Origin: Escherichia phage EP02SG
Sequence record: PQ301181
Reading direction: 5' to 3' (one strand)
Length of the DNA: 64,000 bases
Part shown: positions 52,069 to 63,259 of the stretch, piece after piece
How the letters are laid out: the number at the start of each line of letters is the position of its first letter
How positions within the stretch are numbered: the first letter of the stretch is position 1
The notes under the pieces: generated by a model
The model's input: the letters and a program-made list of their open reading frames with translations, nothing else
The model's database searches: none
What the model was told of the DNA's origin: nothing
Position numbers and translations under genes: made by a program

Positions 52069-55000
52069 ATGGCCGACATCAAACGTAAGTTCAGAGCCGA
52101 AGACGGTCTGGACGCCGGTGGCGACAAGATTGTTAACGTAGCATTAGCCGACCGTACAGTAGGTACTGATGGCGTAAACGTTGACTTCCTGGTACAAGAA
52201 AACACCGTTCAAGTATATGATTCTACGCGTGGATATAACAAAGGATTTGTTGTTCTTTATGACAACCGTTTATATCAAGCAATAAATGATATCGTGTCTC
52301 CTTCCGGGGCATTTAACCTTTTACAATGGCGTGCAGTTCGTACCGATGCACAATGGATAACTGTCGCTTCTGGGACTTATCAACTTTCTTCAGGTGAATC
52401 GATTTCGGTTAACACTGGTGCTGGCAATGATATGGTTTTCACATTGCCAAATGCGCCGGTTGATGGTGATACTGTTGTTTTGGCTGATATTGGTGGAAGA
52501 ACCGGGACAGTTAAAGTACAGATTAACGCGTCTGTGCAGAGTATTTTAAACTTTAGAGGTGAACAAGTTCGTACAGTTTTAATGACGCGACCACGTTCAC
52601 AACTAGTGTTTGTGTTTAGTAATCGTTTGTGGCAGATGTATATCATTGATTACGGTAAAGAATCAATCACTGTTACACCTGCGACACCATACCAAGCACA
52701 AGCAAATGATTTTATCGTTCGTCGTTTTACTAGTGCAGCACCAATCAACATTACACTTCCACGTAATGCTAACAATGGTGATATAATCAGCCTAGTCGAT
52801 TTAGATAGATTAAACCCACTGTATCATACAATTGTTAAAACATTTGATGATACAACGTCTATTGGTGAAGTCGGGACTCATATTGCCGAAGGCAGAAATG
52901 ACTCTGACGCGTTTTTTGTTTTTGATGCTGCAAATAGTTTATGGCGTATATGGGAAGGCGACCAGAAATCGCGTCTTCGTATTATCCGGGCGGATTCAAA
53001 TATTCGTCCAAATGAAGAAGTTCTTATTTTTGGCACAAATAACGCTACAGCCGGAACTATTAATCTTACGCTGCCTACCGGAATTTTGAGTGGTGACACT
53101 GTTAAAATTTCAATGAACTACATGCGTAAAGGCCAAACAGTAAAAATTAAAGCTGCCGAAGGTGATACAATTGCTTCTTCTGTTGCGTTGCTTCAGTTCC
53201 CTAAACGTTCTGAATATCCACCTGATGCTCAATGGGTCTCTGTTACTGAACTAGAATTCAATGGCACTACTTCATATGTTCCTGTATTAGAATTAGCGTA
53301 TATCGAAGACACCGATTCTGACACTCATTATTGGGTTGTTCAACAGAATGTCCCTACGGTAGAACGTGTTGATGCTGGAACTGATGCTACACGAGCTCGT
53401 TTAGGTGTTATTGCTCTTGCTACTCAAGCGCAAGCAAATGTTGATTTAGAGAATACTCCGGCTAAAGAAGTTGCTATTACTCCTGAAACGTTGGCAAATC
53501 GTACAGCAACTGAAGCTCGACGTGGTATCGCTAAAATTGCTACAACAGCACAAGTTAACCAGAATTCCACAGCATCATTTGTGGACGATACTATTGTTAC
53601 GCCTAAAAAACTAAATGAGCGTACAGCAACTGAAACTCGTCGCGGTCTTGCTGAAATTGCTACTCAGACTGAAACCGATGCTGGTCTTGATGACACAACG
53701 ATTATTACGCCTAAGAAATTACAGGCACGTCAGGGTTCCGAAACACTATCGGGTATAGTTAAATATGTATCAACTACTTCTGCTACTCCTGCCGAAACTC
53801 GTGGGGCTGCAGGCACTAATGTTTATAATAAAACCGTAAATAATTTAACTATTTCTCCTAAAGCCCTTGACCAATATAAAGCAACTTACGCCCAACAAGG
53901 TGCAGTAATTTTAGCTATTGATAGTGAAGTAATTGCTGGACAATCCCAAGCAGGTTATTCTCACGCTGTAGTAACTCCTGAAACACTACATAAGAAAACT
54001 TCTACTGATGGACGTATTGGTTTAATTGAAATTGCTACGCAAGCAGAAACTAATGCTGGGACTGATTATACACGTGCAGTAACGCCTAAGACGTTAAATG
54101 ATAGGAGAGCGACGGAAGGATTATCCGGCATAGCTGAAATTGCTACGCAAGTTGAATTTGATACTGGAACTGATGATACTCGTATCTCGACTCCACTGAA
54201 AATTAAAACTCATTTTGATTCTTCTGACCGTACCAGTGTTAATTCTGATTCCGGACTTATTGAAGAAGGAACCTTGTGGAACCATTATACTCTTGATATT
54301 TCTAAAGCAAATGAAACACAACGTGGTACACTTCGCGTAGCGACCCAGGCAGAATCTAATGCAGGAACTTTAGATGATGTTCTTATTACTCCTAAAAAGC
54401 TTTTAGGGACTAAGTCCACTGAAACGTCTGAAGGTGTAATCAAGGTTGCATCCCAGTCTGAAACTGTGGCTGGAACGTCAGCGAACACTGCTGTATCTCC
54501 AAAAAATTTAAAATGGATTGTGCAGAGTGAACCGACATGGGCTGCTACTACAACAATTCGTGGATTTGTTAAAACTTCATCTGGTTCAATTACATTCGTT
54601 GGTAATGATACAGTCGGTTCTACACAAAACTTAGAGCTATATGAGAAAAATAGCTATGCAGTATCACCATATGAATTAAACCGTGTATTGGCAAATTACT
54701 TGCCATTAAAAGCAAAAGCTGCTGACGCAAATTTATTAGATGGCCTAGATTCATCTCAGTTCATTCGTAGGGACATTGCACAGACGGTTAATGGTTCACT
54801 AACCTTAACCCAACAAACGAATCTGAGTGCCCCTCTTGTATCATCTAGTACGGCTACGTTTGGTGGTTCGGTATCTGCTAATAGTACATTAACTATTTCT
54901 AATACAGGTGCTTCAACTCGCTTAATATTTGAAAAAGGTCCACAAACTGGAAACAACCCTGCTCAGGCGATGAATATCCGTGTATGGGGTAACCAATTCG

Positions 55001-55944
55001 CCGGCGGTTCTGATACATCTCGTGCTACGATATTTGAAGTTGGTGATGAAACATCTAACCACTTTTATTCACAACGGGATAACCTTGGTAATATTACTTT
55101 CAGCATCAACGGTACAGTTCGGCCGATTAATGTTAATGCATCCGGAACATTGAATGCTAATGGTGCGGCAACATTTGGACGTTCGGTGACAGCACAGGGT
55201 GAATTTATAACCTATAGTGCAAACGCATTCAGAGCAATAAGTGGTGATTACGGATTCTTTATTCGTAATGATGCTGCTAACACCTATTTTATGCTTACCG
55301 CATCAGGTGATCAGACTGGCGGATTTAATGGATTACGTCCTTTGGCTATTAATAATGCATCCGGCCAAGTAACTATTGGTGAAAGCTTAATCATTGCTAA
55401 AGGTGCAACTATTAACTCAGGTGGTTTAACGGTTAACTCGAGAATTCGTTCTCAGGGCACTAAAACCGCTGACCTATACACCCGTGCGCCAACATCTGAT
55501 ACTGTAGGATTCTGGTCAATCGATATTAATGATTCAGCCACTTATAACCAGTTCCCAGGTTATTTTAAAATGGTTGAAAAAACTAATGAGGTGACTGGAC
55601 TTCCATACTTAGAACGTGGTGAAGAAGTTAAATCTCCTGGTACATTGACTCAGTTTGGTAATACACTTGATTCGCTTTACCAAGATTGGATTACTTATCC
55701 AACAACTCCAGAAGCACGTACAACCCGTTGGACACGTACATGGCAGAAAACTAAAAATTCTTGGTCGAGTTTTGTTCAGGTATTTGATGGAGGTAACCCT
55801 CCTCAACCTTCTGATATCGGTGCTTTACCTTCTGATAATGCAACAATCGGAAACTTGACAATAAGGGATTTCTTAAGGATTGGCAATGTCCGCATTATTC
55901 CAGACCCTGTGAATAAAACTGTTAAATTTGAGTGGATTGAATAA
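52069..55944 (+). CDS. 34: Long tail fibre proximal subunit gp34
   Basis: 1291-aa ORF (T4 gp34 1289 aa); internal repeated ~40-aa motifs (TPE/KT/KL..RTATE.RRG.A.IAT); late promoter upstream. Confidence 0.95.
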   Translation: MADIKRKFRAEDGLDAGGDKIVNVALADRTVGTDGVNVDFLVQENTVQVYDSTRGYNKGFVVLYDNRLYQAINDIVSPSGAFNLLQWRAVRTDAQWITVASGTYQLSSGESISVNTGAGNDMVFTLPNAPVDGDTVVLADIGGRTGTVKVQINASVQSILNFRGEQVRTVLMTRPRSQLVFVFSNRLWQMYIIDYGKESITVTPATPYQAQANDFIVRRFTSAAPINITLPRNANNGDIISLVDLDRLNPLYHTIVKTFDDTTSIGEVGTHIAEGRNDSDAFFVFDAANSLWRIWEGDQKSRLRIIRADSNIRPNEEVLIFGTNNATAGTINLTLPTGILSGDTVKISMNYMRKGQTVKIKAAEGDTIASSVALLQFPKRSEYPPDAQWVSVTELEFNGTTSYVPVLELAYIEDTDSDTHYWVVQQNVPTVERVDAGTDATRARLGVIALATQAQANVDLENTPAKEVAITPETLANRTATEARRGIAKIATTAQVNQNSTASFVDDTIVTPKKLNERTATETRRGLAEIATQTETDAGLDDTTIITPKKLQARQGSETLSGIVKYVSTTSATPAETRGAAGTNVYNKTVNNLTISPKALDQYKATYAQQGAVILAIDSEVIAGQSQAGYSHAVVTPETLHKKTSTDGRIGLIEIATQAETNAGTDYTRAVTPKTLNDRRATEGLSGIAEIATQVEFDTGTDDTRISTPLKIKTHFDSSDRTSVNSDSGLIEEGTLWNHYTLDISKANETQRGTLRVATQAESNAGTLDDVLITPKKLLGTKSTETSEGVIKVASQSETVAGTSANTAVSPKNLKWIVQSEPTWAATTTIRGFVKTSSGSITFVGNDTVGSTQNLELYEKNSYAVSPYELNRVLANYLPLKAKAADANLLDGLDSSQFIRRDIAQTVNGSLTLTQQTNLSAPLVSSSTATFGGSVSANSTLTISNTGASTRLIFEKGPQTGNNPAQAMNIRVWGNQFAGGSDTSRATIFEVGDETSNHFYSQRDNLGNITFSINGTVRPINVNASGTLNANGAATFGRSVTAQGEFITYSANAFRAISGDYGFFIRNDAANTYFMLTASGDQTGGFNGLRPLAINNASGQVTIGESLIIAKGATINSGGLTVNSRIRSQGTKTADLYTRAPTSDTVGFWSIDINDSATYNQFPGYFKMVEKTNEVTGLPYLERGEEVKSPGTLTQFGNTLDSLYQDWITYPTTPEARTTRWTRTWQKTKNSWSSFVQVFDGGNPPQPSDIGALPSDNATIGNLTIRDFLRIGNVRIIPDPVNKTVKFEWIE

Positions 55945-55952
55945 GAGGTATT

Positions 55953-57080
55953 ATGGAAAAATTTATGGCTAAGTTTGGACAAGGATACGTCCAAACGCCA
56001 TTTTTATCGGAAAGCAATTCAGTACGATTTAAATTAAGCATAGCGGGTTCTTGCCCGCTATCAACATCTCCTGCTTATATTAAGTTCCAAGATAATCCAC
56101 TTGGGTCCCAGGTTTTTTCCGTTGGATTAAACGTTCGTGTAATAAATCCTACAACAGGTGCAGTAGTTGAATCTAAGTCATATAATTTCTCTACTGAAAA
56201 CGACGCCACGTCGAGCGCATTCGTTACTTACATGGACACATACGCTTCTAATTTTATATTTGCTCTTGTTACTAACGCTAAAACAAACTTTCCTCCTGAA
56301 GTTCTCGCATGGTTTACTAAAGCTGGAAGTTCTGTTATTCCATTAGCTCAACAAGTTTTAAATATAGTGGACATTTCTTATTCTGCATTTTATATTTCTG
56401 GTAAGAATGCTATAGCACTAGAACATATTAAGTATAGTAATAAGAAAACTTCAACCGACTATAGTACACCACTTGATGTTGTGTACGACACGATCAATGA
56501 TATTGGTGCTACCGGCTTCCCTAGTCGTACGTACGAATCATCAGGCACATTTTTATCTGCTGTTGGAGGTACTAATAATGAAATTAAAAGGATGCCTACA
56601 ACGTCCCTTATTACACCTCTCGCTGGGTATAAATTGAAGCCTGGAGATTTCCTTTATATGAAATTCCAACTAATGGCTGATGCTGATTTGTTAGCACAAG
56701 GGACGACACGACTTTCTATTCGTTTCTTTAAATCTCCTTCTACTTCACCTATTTCATTTAAGGATATAAACTTTGATGGGAGCGCAGGTGAATGGAAGAT
56801 ATATGAAGACTATATAGAAATTCCTGCTGGTGCTGACGGATTCACGATTTATTGTTATCGTACAGCTCCAGCCGGGCAAGGTGGATTAAGAAACGTTATA
56901 TTCACTGAAGTATCATGTAATGGAAGCGTTTCAAAACCTGCTGAGTTCGGTATAAATGGTATTCGTGTAAATTATGTTTCAGAATCTTTAAGTGCCCCAG
57001 ACATAATGACATTACCTACTCAATCTTCAACTGATACTGGTAAGGTATTTGGACAAGAATTTAAAGAAGCATCAGAATAA
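55953..57080 (+). CDS. 35: Long tail fibre hinge protein gp35
   Basis: 375-aa ORF following gene 34; T4 gp35 ~372 aa. Confidence 0.9.
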   Translation: MEKFMAKFGQGYVQTPFLSESNSVRFKLSIAGSCPLSTSPAYIKFQDNPLGSQVFSVGLNVRVINPTTGAVVESKSYNFSTENDATSSAFVTYMDTYASNFIFALVTNAKTNFPPEVLAWFTKAGSSVIPLAQQVLNIVDISYSAFYISGKNAIALEHIKYSNKKTSTDYSTPLDVVYDTINDIGATGFPSRTYESSGTFLSAVGGTNNEIKRMPTTSLITPLAGYKLKPGDFLYMKFQLMADADLLAQGTTRLSIRFFKSPSTSPISFKDINFDGSAGEWKIYEDYIEIPAGADGFTIYCYRTAPAGQGGLRNVIFTEVSCNGSVSKPAEFGINGIRVNYVSESLSAPDIMTLPTQSSTDTGKVFGQEFKEASE

Positions 57081-57085
57081 ATTTA

Positions 57086-57109
57086 GGGAGACTTCGGTCT
57101 CCCATTTTT
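57086..57109 (+). terminator. Terminator after gene 35
   Basis: GGGAGAC-TTCG-GTCTCCC followed by ATTTTTG. Confidence 0.8.
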
Positions 57110-57110
57110 G

Positions 57111-57118
57111 TATAAATA
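57111..57118 (+). promoter_or_regulatory. Late promoter TATAAATA for gene 36
   Basis: Exact TATAAATA just downstream of the gene 35 terminator, ~25 nt upstream of the gene 36 ATG. Confidence 0.65.
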
Positions 57119-57142
57119 TGGTATACATATAAGGAGACAACT

Positions 57143-57808
57143 ATGGCCGATTTAAAAGCTGGTAGTACAACTGGTGGTGCCGTTATATGGCACCAAGGTA
57201 ATTTCCCTTTAATGCCAGCAGGTGATGACGTCCTGTATAAAACGTTTAAACTCTATTCAGAATATAATAAACCACAAGCGGCTGATAACGATTTCGTTTC
57301 TAAAGCTAATGGTGGTACTTACGCTTCAAAGGTAACATTTAACAGTGGCGTGCAAATACCATATGCTATAAACAATACAAACCAAAGCGGTATTTTTCCT
57401 GGTAACGGTGATGCAGCTACTTTTGTTACAGCAAATATTGATATTGTTTCATGGTACGGTATTGGTTTTAAATCATCACAAGGAACAGCTGGTAGAACTG
57501 TAGTAATCAATACACGTAATGGTGATATTAATACAAAAGGCGTTGTGTCGGCAGCTGGTCAAGTAAGAAGCGATATGACTGCTCCGGTTGCAGCAAATGA
57601 TCTCACAAGAAAAGATTATGTTGATGGAAGAATAAATATTGTTACGGATAACGCAAATTCCCGTGTATTGCGTAAAGGCGATACCATGACTGGTACTTTA
57701 ACAGCACCAAACTTTTTCTCACAGAATCCGGCGTCTGAGGCTAATCATGTTCCTCGTTTCGACCAGATTGTAATTAAAGATTCTGTTCAAGATTTCGGCT
57801 ATTATTAA
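57143..57808 (+). CDS. 36: Long tail fibre distal connector gp36
   Basis: 221-aa ORF, same length as T4 gp36; late promoter 57111-57118. Confidence 0.9.
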   Translation: MADLKAGSTTGGAVIWHQGNFPLMPAGDDVLYKTFKLYSEYNKPQAADNDFVSKANGGTYASKVTFNSGVQIPYAINNTNQSGIFPGNGDAATFVTANIDIVSWYGIGFKSSQGTAGRTVVINTRNGDINTKGVVSAAGQVRSDMTAPVAANDLTRKDYVDGRINIVTDNANSRVLRKGDTMTGTLTAPNFFSQNPASEANHVPRFDQIVIKDSVQDFGYY

Positions 57809-57816
57809 GAGGACTT

Positions 57817-60800
57817 ATGGCTACATTAAAACAGATACAATTTAAAAGAAGCAAAGTAGCAGGAGTTAATCCTACTGCAGCACAATTAGCCGAAGGCGAA
57901 TTAGCGATAAACTTAAAAGATCGAACTCTTTTTACTAAAGATGACCTCGGTAATATTATTAGCCTAGGCTTTGCTAAGGGTGGGGATATTAATGGTAATG
58001 TAACTCAAAATGGTGATTATTTACAAAACGGCACATATAATCTTAATGGAAATCAGTTTGTTTATGCAGGAAAGTATATTGAATTCTTGCCAAAAACTGC
58101 TGGAAATGGCGCTTGGGCAAATCAACATCTGAATAAAGCCCCTATCTTTACAGATTTAAGTTCAACTACTTCTGTTTCAGAATATCATCCGCTGATTAAA
58201 CAACGCTATAAAGATGGAACTTTTTCTGTTGGTACGTTAGTAAACGAAGGAAGTTTTAAAATTCATTTTATGAATGAATCTGGTGATTCGAAATATTGGA
58301 CGTTTCGACGCGACGGTGGATTTACTGTTGACGGTGGAGGTTTAGCAGTATCAGGAGGTAGTATAACTACATCTGGAAATATTGCAGCTCTCGGAAATAT
58401 TACTTCACCTCAGATTAATACTAAAAATATTATTTTAGATACAAAGGCATTCGGACAATATGATTCACAATCACTAGTTAACTATACTTACCCTGGAACA
58501 GGCGAAGAAAATGGTATAAACTATCTTCGTAAAGTTCGCGCTAAGTCTGGTGGTACAATGTATCATGAAATTTGTACATCCCAAACAGGTCAGGCTGATG
58601 AAGTTTCTTGGTGGACCGGTAATACACCATTATTTAAACTATATGGTATTCGTAATGACGGCCGAATGATCGTCCGCAATAGCGTAGCCATCGGGACCGT
58701 GACTGCAGGATACCCGTCAAGCGACTACGGTAACGGTGCCGCTTTAGGATTTGGTGTTTATTTAGCTTTAGGCGATAACGGGACGGGGCTGTCATACAAA
58801 AAAACCGGTGTTTATGATTTAGTTGGTTCAGGGAATTCTGTTGCTTCTATTACTCCTGATAGTTTCCGTAGTACTCGTAAAGGTATATTTGGTCGTTCAG
58901 AAGACCAAGGCACCACATGGATTATGCCTGGCACTAATGCCGCTTTCTTGTCTGTTCAAACACAAGCTGATACGAACGCTGCAGGCGATGGTCAAACTCA
59001 TATTGGATACAATGCTGGCGGTAAAATGAGTCATTATTTCCGCGGTAAAGGCAAAACTAATATTAATACTCAGGAAGGTGTAGACGTTAACCCTGGTATA
59101 TTGAAGTTAACCACCGGCGGTGAAAGTATTAGCTTTAATGCCGCAACTGGAAGTATTAATTCTACATTAGCTTTTCGTCTTAATAAAGGCATAATTATTG
59201 ATGGACCTGATAATCAGGGATTCCAGTTTAACGCCCCGACGGCTGCAGATGGTACTAGAAGTATATACTGGAATAGTGGTACTCTCGCAGGCCAAAACAA
59301 AAACCCTGTTACAGTTAAAGTGTGGGGTAATTCATTTAACGCATCTGGTGATCGTAATCGTGAAACCGTTTTTGAAGTAGCTGATGGGCAAGGTTATTAT
59401 TTTTACGCTCAACGTACTAATCCTGCATCAGGTCAAACAGTAGGTCCGGTTAACTTTAAATTTAACGGAACTGTCGAAACAGGCCATATCGTAGGCCTTG
59501 GTAATATAAGTGCCTCCGGTACAGGTTCTTTTGGTGGTAATGTTACCATGACTAATGGCCTGTTTGTCCAAGGTGGTTCTTCTATTACCGGACAAGTTAA
59601 AATCGGCGGAACAGCCGATGCATTAAGAATTTGGAATGCCGAATATGGTGCTATTTTCCGCCGTTCAGAAGCATCTTTGTATATTATCCCTACTCCTAAA
59701 GATGCTGGAGAATCGGGCGGTATAAGTAATCTTAGACCATTGATAATAGAACTGAACACTGGTACAGTTAAAATGTCGCATGATGTTCATTTAGGAGATT
59801 CTGGATCTGGTACAGGATTATTACAAGTAAGTAATAGTCTTAAAACTATTAAAATGATATGTCCAGTAACTATTAATGAACGTAATGCAGCGCTTACTCT
59901 AGATTCTCCTTCATCTTCTTCTGCTAATTATTTACAGGGTTCTAAAGCTGGAATTAAATCGTGGTATGTTGGTCTTGGTGGCGCTGGAAGTGATTTATCG
60001 CTTTATAGTCAATCTTATGGACATGGTCTTGTTATAAGCGATAATTTCGTGTCAATCAGTAAACCTCTTAAAGTTGGAGATGCACAACTAGGAACTGATG
60101 GTAATATTACTGGCGGTTCTGGCAATTTTGCTAACTTGAATACCACAATAAATAACCTTAAGACGGATATTGTCTCAAGTTATCCAATTGGTGCTCCGAT
60201 TCCTTGGCCTACTGATACACCTCCTGAAGGTTATGCCATAATGGAAGGTCAAACATTTGATGCTGGCTTGTATCCTAAGTTAGCTGCTGTGTATCCTTCC
60301 GGCTCTCTGCCTGATATGCGTGGTCAAACTATCAAGGGTAAACCATCCGGGCGTGCTGTATTAAGTACAGAAGCAGACGGTGTTAAGTCACATAGCCATA
60401 GTGCAAGTGCATCAAACACAGATTTGGGTACTAAGACCACTTCTAGTTTTGATTACGGCAGCAAAACGACTTCAAGCTTTGATTATGGTACTAAGACCAG
60501 TAATACCACTGGCAACCATAACCATACAGTGAGTGGTAATACTGGTTCCGCTGGTGCTCACCAACATGCGCGTTCAGGCCCTCAGATGCAAGGCGGCATA
60601 CCCACTAGCATATTCTATGATGGATACAATAGTGCTGGTCCAAATGGCAACGCTAAAATCACTGCAACCGTGAGCGGTGCTACTGCATCGTCGAATATGG
60701 CCAAAACTTCTTCAGACGGTGCCCACACCCATAGTTGGTCAGGAACTACTAGCTCTACGGGTAACCATGCTCATACTGTGGGTATTGGTGCTCATACCCA

Positions 60801-60936
60801 TTCGGTAGGTATTGGTGCTCATTCTCATACTGTTGCAATTGGTTCCCATGGACATACAATAACTGTAAATGCCACAGGAAATACAGAAAACACAGTTAAA
60901 AACGTTGCTTTTAACTATATCGTTCGTTTAGCATAA
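57817..60936 (+). CDS. 37: Long tail fibre distal subunit / receptor-binding protein gp37
   Basis: 1039-aa ORF; C-terminal Gly/Ser-rich region with repeated HxH motifs (GNHNHT, GAHQHA, GAHTHS, GNHAHT, GAHSHT, GSHGHT) as in the T4 gp37 tip. Confidence 0.95.
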   Translation: MATLKQIQFKRSKVAGVNPTAAQLAEGELAINLKDRTLFTKDDLGNIISLGFAKGGDINGNVTQNGDYLQNGTYNLNGNQFVYAGKYIEFLPKTAGNGAWANQHLNKAPIFTDLSSTTSVSEYHPLIKQRYKDGTFSVGTLVNEGSFKIHFMNESGDSKYWTFRRDGGFTVDGGGLAVSGGSITTSGNIAALGNITSPQINTKNIILDTKAFGQYDSQSLVNYTYPGTGEENGINYLRKVRAKSGGTMYHEICTSQTGQADEVSWWTGNTPLFKLYGIRNDGRMIVRNSVAIGTVTAGYPSSDYGNGAALGFGVYLALGDNGTGLSYKKTGVYDLVGSGNSVASITPDSFRSTRKGIFGRSEDQGTTWIMPGTNAAFLSVQTQADTNAAGDGQTHIGYNAGGKMSHYFRGKGKTNINTQEGVDVNPGILKLTTGGESISFNAATGSINSTLAFRLNKGIIIDGPDNQGFQFNAPTAADGTRSIYWNSGTLAGQNKNPVTVKVWGNSFNASGDRNRETVFEVADGQGYYFYAQRTNPASGQTVGPVNFKFNGTVETGHIVGLGNISASGTGSFGGNVTMTNGLFVQGGSSITGQVKIGGTADALRIWNAEYGAIFRRSEASLYIIPTPKDAGESGGISNLRPLIIELNTGTVKMSHDVHLGDSGSGTGLLQVSNSLKTIKMICPVTINERNAALTLDSPSSSSANYLQGSKAGIKSWYVGLGGAGSDLSLYSQSYGHGLVISDNFVSISKPLKVGDAQLGTDGNITGGSGNFANLNTTINNLKTDIVSSYPIGAPIPWPTDTPPEGYAIMEGQTFDAGLYPKLAAVYPSGSLPDMRGQTIKGKPSGRAVLSTEADGVKSHSHSASASNTDLGTKTTSSFDYGSKTTSSFDYGTKTSNTTGNHNHTVSGNTGSAGAHQHARSGPQMQGGIPTSIFYDGYNSAGPNGNAKITATVSGATASSNMAKTSSDGAHTHSWSGTTSSTGNHAHTVGIGAHTHSVGIGAHSHTVAIGSHGHTITVNATGNTENTVKNVAFNYIVRLA
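60427..60507 (+). repeat. Imperfect 30-nt tandem repeat within gene 37 ([10 protein letters not shown] units)
   Basis: ggtactaagaccacttctagttttgattac / ggcagcaaaacgacttcaagctttgattat / ggtactaagaccag... Confidence 0.7.
60760..60861 (+). repeat. Imperfect 27-nt tandem repeats within gene 37 encoding G(I/V)GAH(T/S)H(S/T)V HxH units
   Basis: ggtattggtgctcatacccattcggta / ggtattggtgctcattctcatactgtt / gcaattggttcccatggacatacaata. Confidence 0.7.
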
Positions 60937-60941
60937 GGAGA

Positions 60942-60961
60942 AGGGACTTCTGTCCCTTTTT
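60942..60961 (+). terminator. Terminator after gene 37
   Basis: AGGGAC-TTCT-GTCCCT followed by TTTTT, between gene 37 and gene 38. Confidence 0.7.
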
Positions 60962-60966
60962 ATAAT

Positions 60967-61518
60967 ATGAAACTCTATCACTATTATTTTGACACTAAAG
61001 AATTTTACAAAGAAGAAAATTATAAACCATTAAAAGGCGTAGGATTTCCAGCTCATTCGACACCAAAAAAACCTTTAGACCCTAAAGAAGGCTATGCTGT
61101 TATATTTGACGAACGCGAACAAGAATGGGTTTATGTTGAAGACCATCGTGGAAAAACAGTATGGACATATGATAAGCAAAAAATTGTTATTGACACTCCA
61201 GGTGCTCTTCAAAATGTTACTACAGAAGAACCTGGTGAATTTGACATTTGGACCGGCGCCGGATGGAAGGAAGATGAAGCATATAAACGCGTAGTTCAAC
61301 GTGATAAGAAAATTCATGAACTCTATAAATTATTCAGTGTTTTAAGTTCTCTTATTGACGCAGAGGTTGCTAATAGAGAAGAAAAACGAAAATTTAAAGA
61401 GCTCAAAAAATTCTTTGCCCTTTTAGAAAAACATGAACATCTTGGCGGCGAATTCCCTAAATTCCCTGACCTTGAAAACAAATCTATTTTCAAAGCGATT
61501 ATAAATATCTTTAAGTAA
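60967..61518 (+). CDS. 38: Tail fibre assembly chaperone gp38 (T4-type)
   Basis: 183-aa ORF, same length as T4 gp38; N-terminus MKLYHYYFDTKEFYKEENYKP matches T4 gp38 as recalled. Confidence 0.85.
   Translation: MKLYHYYFDTKEFYKEENYKPLKGVGFPAHSTPKKPLDPKEGYAVIFDEREQEWVYVEDHRGKTVWTYDKQKIVIDTPGALQNVTTEEPGEFDIWTGAGWKEDEAYKRVVQRDKKIHELYKLFSVLSSLIDAEVANREEKRKFKELKKFFALLEKHEHLGGEFPKFPDLENKSIFKAIINIFK
61500..61507 (+). promoter_or_regulatory. Late promoter TATAAATA for holin t
   Basis: TATAAATA within the 3-prime end of gene 38, ~21 nt upstream of the t ATG with AAGGAGG RBS between. Confidence 0.5.
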
Positions 61519-61527
61519 GGAGGTATT

Positions 61528-62187
61528 ATGGCAACACCAAAAGTATCATTTTCGCCTAGTGATATTCTATTTGGGCTGCTAGATCGTATTTTCAAAGATA
61601 ACGCTACTGGAAAGGTTTTAATGTCCCGAGTAGCGGTAATTATTCTTTTGTTCCTAATGGCACTAATATGGTACAAAGGAAGTATTTTGCTGGATTATTA
61701 TGTAAGAGCTAAGTATGATACTTATACCGAAATAATCCAAAAAGAACGAGCTTTACGTTTTGAATCTGCGGCTCTAGAACAACTGCAAATAGTTCATATC
61801 TCATCTGGTGCAGATTTTAGTGCTGTGTATTCTTTCAGACCTAAAAACTTAAATTATTTCGTCGACCTTATAGCTTATGAAGGCAAACTACCTAGCACAA
61901 TTTCTGAAAAGTCCCTTGGCGGATTCCCAGTGGATAAAACGGCCAATGAATATATAATTCATTTAAGTGGCCGTCATTTCTCATCTAAATCAGAATTTGC
62001 ATTTTTGCCTACAAAATCTAAGACTGCCGAACTTTCTTATATGTATAGTTGTCCATACTTTAATTTGGATAACATCTATGCTGGAACTGTGACGATGTAT
62101 TGGTATAAGGGGAATAATATACTTGAGGAGGATCGCTTAGCGGCTATATGCAACCAAGCGGTCCGAATACTAGGAAGGGCTAAATAA
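61528..62187 (+). CDS. t: Holin T
   Basis: 219-aa ORF; single N-terminal TM segment and large periplasmic domain; near-identical to T4 holin as recalled. Confidence 0.92.
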   Translation: MATPKVSFSPSDILFGLLDRIFKDNATGKVLMSRVAVIILLFLMALIWYKGSILLDYYVRAKYDTYTEIIQKERALRFESAALEQLQIVHISSGADFSAVYSFRPKNLNYFVDLIAYEGKLPSTISEKSLGGFPVDKTANEYIIHLSGRHFSSKSEFAFLPTKSKTAELSYMYSCPYFNLDNIYAGTVTMYWYKGNNILEEDRLAAICNQAVRILGRAK

Positions 62188-62460
62188 TTAGTTGTTAGAA
62201 TACATCGCTAAATGACGATAAATATTTTCAAAACCTTCATTGAATTCACTAATCAGTGTTTTCTTTTCTTCGGCAGTTAAATTTGTAATTAGTTTTCTGA
62301 ACGAATTCTGATTTAGCTGCCGACCATCTTTTTTAATTCCAATCTCATTCAAGAAACCGATGAAACTTGCTCGGTCTTCAACAATATCTTCCCTAGAGAA
62401 TTTAATCAAAATAGAAGCAATAGTAATAATTTCACGTACGATTTCAATGTCTTTATTCAT
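62188..62460 (-). CDS. asiA: Anti-sigma70 factor AsiA
   Basis: 90-aa ORF closely matching T4 AsiA as recalled (MNK.I..VREIIT.ASILIKFSREDIVE.RA.FI.FLNEIG...); early promoter upstream. Confidence 0.9.
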   Translation of the reverse strand: MNKDIEIVREIITIASILIKFSREDIVEDRASFIGFLNEIGIKKDGRQLNQNSFRKLITNLTAEEKKTLISEFNEGFENIYRHLAMYSNN

Positions 62461-62494
62461 AACGTTTTATTCATTCCACTTAATTGATAAGAGT

Positions 62495-62524
62495 ATAGTA
62501 CCATTATCAGTGTTGATTGTAAAC
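62495..62524 (-). promoter_or_regulatory. Early promoter for asiA
   Basis: Minus strand reads GTTTACA - 17 nt - TACTAT, ~35 nt upstream of the asiA ATG. Confidence 0.55.
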
Positions 62525-62668
62525 GGCTTTTTCTACGCTTTTAACGTAATTGGTATAGTCTTCCTGTTCGTACGAGTGTAAGGCCAAGAACGGAACTAAT
62601 AGTTCATTATAGACTAAAGCCTCACGCTCACGTTCGGCCTCTACTACGTTCTGAAGATTATGACTCAT
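62507..62668 (-). CDS. Hypothetical small protein (53 aa from internal ATG), weak call
   Basis: Track ORF 62507-62722 shortened to its internal ATG; its 3-prime end overlaps the asiA promoter, so it may be spurious. Confidence 0.3.
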   Translation of the reverse strand: MSHNLQNVVEAEREREALVYNELLVPFLALHSYEQEDYTNYVKSVEKAVYNQH

Positions 62669-62957
62669 ATCGTTCCTTATAACTATCAATATAGTCCTGT
62701 ATGTCGAAGAACGACATTTCATATTCTAGGACATTAAGAGCCCGTTCTTCAGTATAGTCAGAACCAAAGACGATAGTGATTTCACCAGGCTTCATGTGAT
62801 TGAAATCAACACTAAAAGGAATACGAGAACATACTTCGTCTGCCATATCTGCAACAACACTACGATACACTTCTCGGTTAACCTGATAAAGCTCTTCAAG
62901 TTCTTCGCATCGAATAACAAGTTCAGTGGCAGGATTTTCTTTGATTTTAGTAAGCAT
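62658..62957 (-). CDS. Hypothetical acidic protein (99 aa); possible Arn-like anti-restriction protein by position
   Basis: Start set at internal ATG (MLTKIKENP...); net acidic; T4 has arn downstream of asiA but similarity is unverified. Confidence 0.4.
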   Translation of the reverse strand: MLTKIKENPATELVIRCEELEELYQVNREVYRSVVADMADEVCSRIPFSVDFNHMKPGEITIVFGSDYTEERALNVLEYEMSFFDIQDYIDSYKERYES

Positions 62958-63040
62958 AGTCTTTACCCTTATGTTTTTGTTTACGTTTAGATTGAAGTTC
63001 TGATTTCTTCTTGTCCTTATGGACGGAAGCCTTATTGAAA

Positions 63041-63259
63041 TCATGTTTTGCTACAAAATTGTTCATAATGCTTTATAACCTCGTTTAAACATTTGTCTGT
63101 GAAAGAAAACTTTTTAGCCACAGAACATTCGATAATGTGCTCTTTCAAATCTTTAGAGTCAGTATAACCCATCTCAGTAATAAAGTGGCGAATTAAAGCT
63201 TTATTCTTATCATTAACAGAATTAAAATAATCTGCTTTAGAATCAATTATTCTCATCAT
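63041..63259 (-). CDS. Hypothetical protein (72 aa)
   Basis: Small ORF in the region after asiA. Confidence 0.45.
   Translation of the reverse strand: MMRIIDSKADYFNSVNDKNKALIRHFITEMGYTDSKDLKEHIIECSVAKKFSFTDKCLNEVIKHYEQFCSKT

Noticed and set aside
52380-55806. Multiple 60-90-aa antisense or alternative-frame ORFs inside gene 34 (e.g. 52380-52646, 54121-54321, 54285-54488, 55609-55806)
   Set aside because: Wholly nested in a highly conserved long structural gene, with no promoter or RBS signals; typical spurious ORFs.
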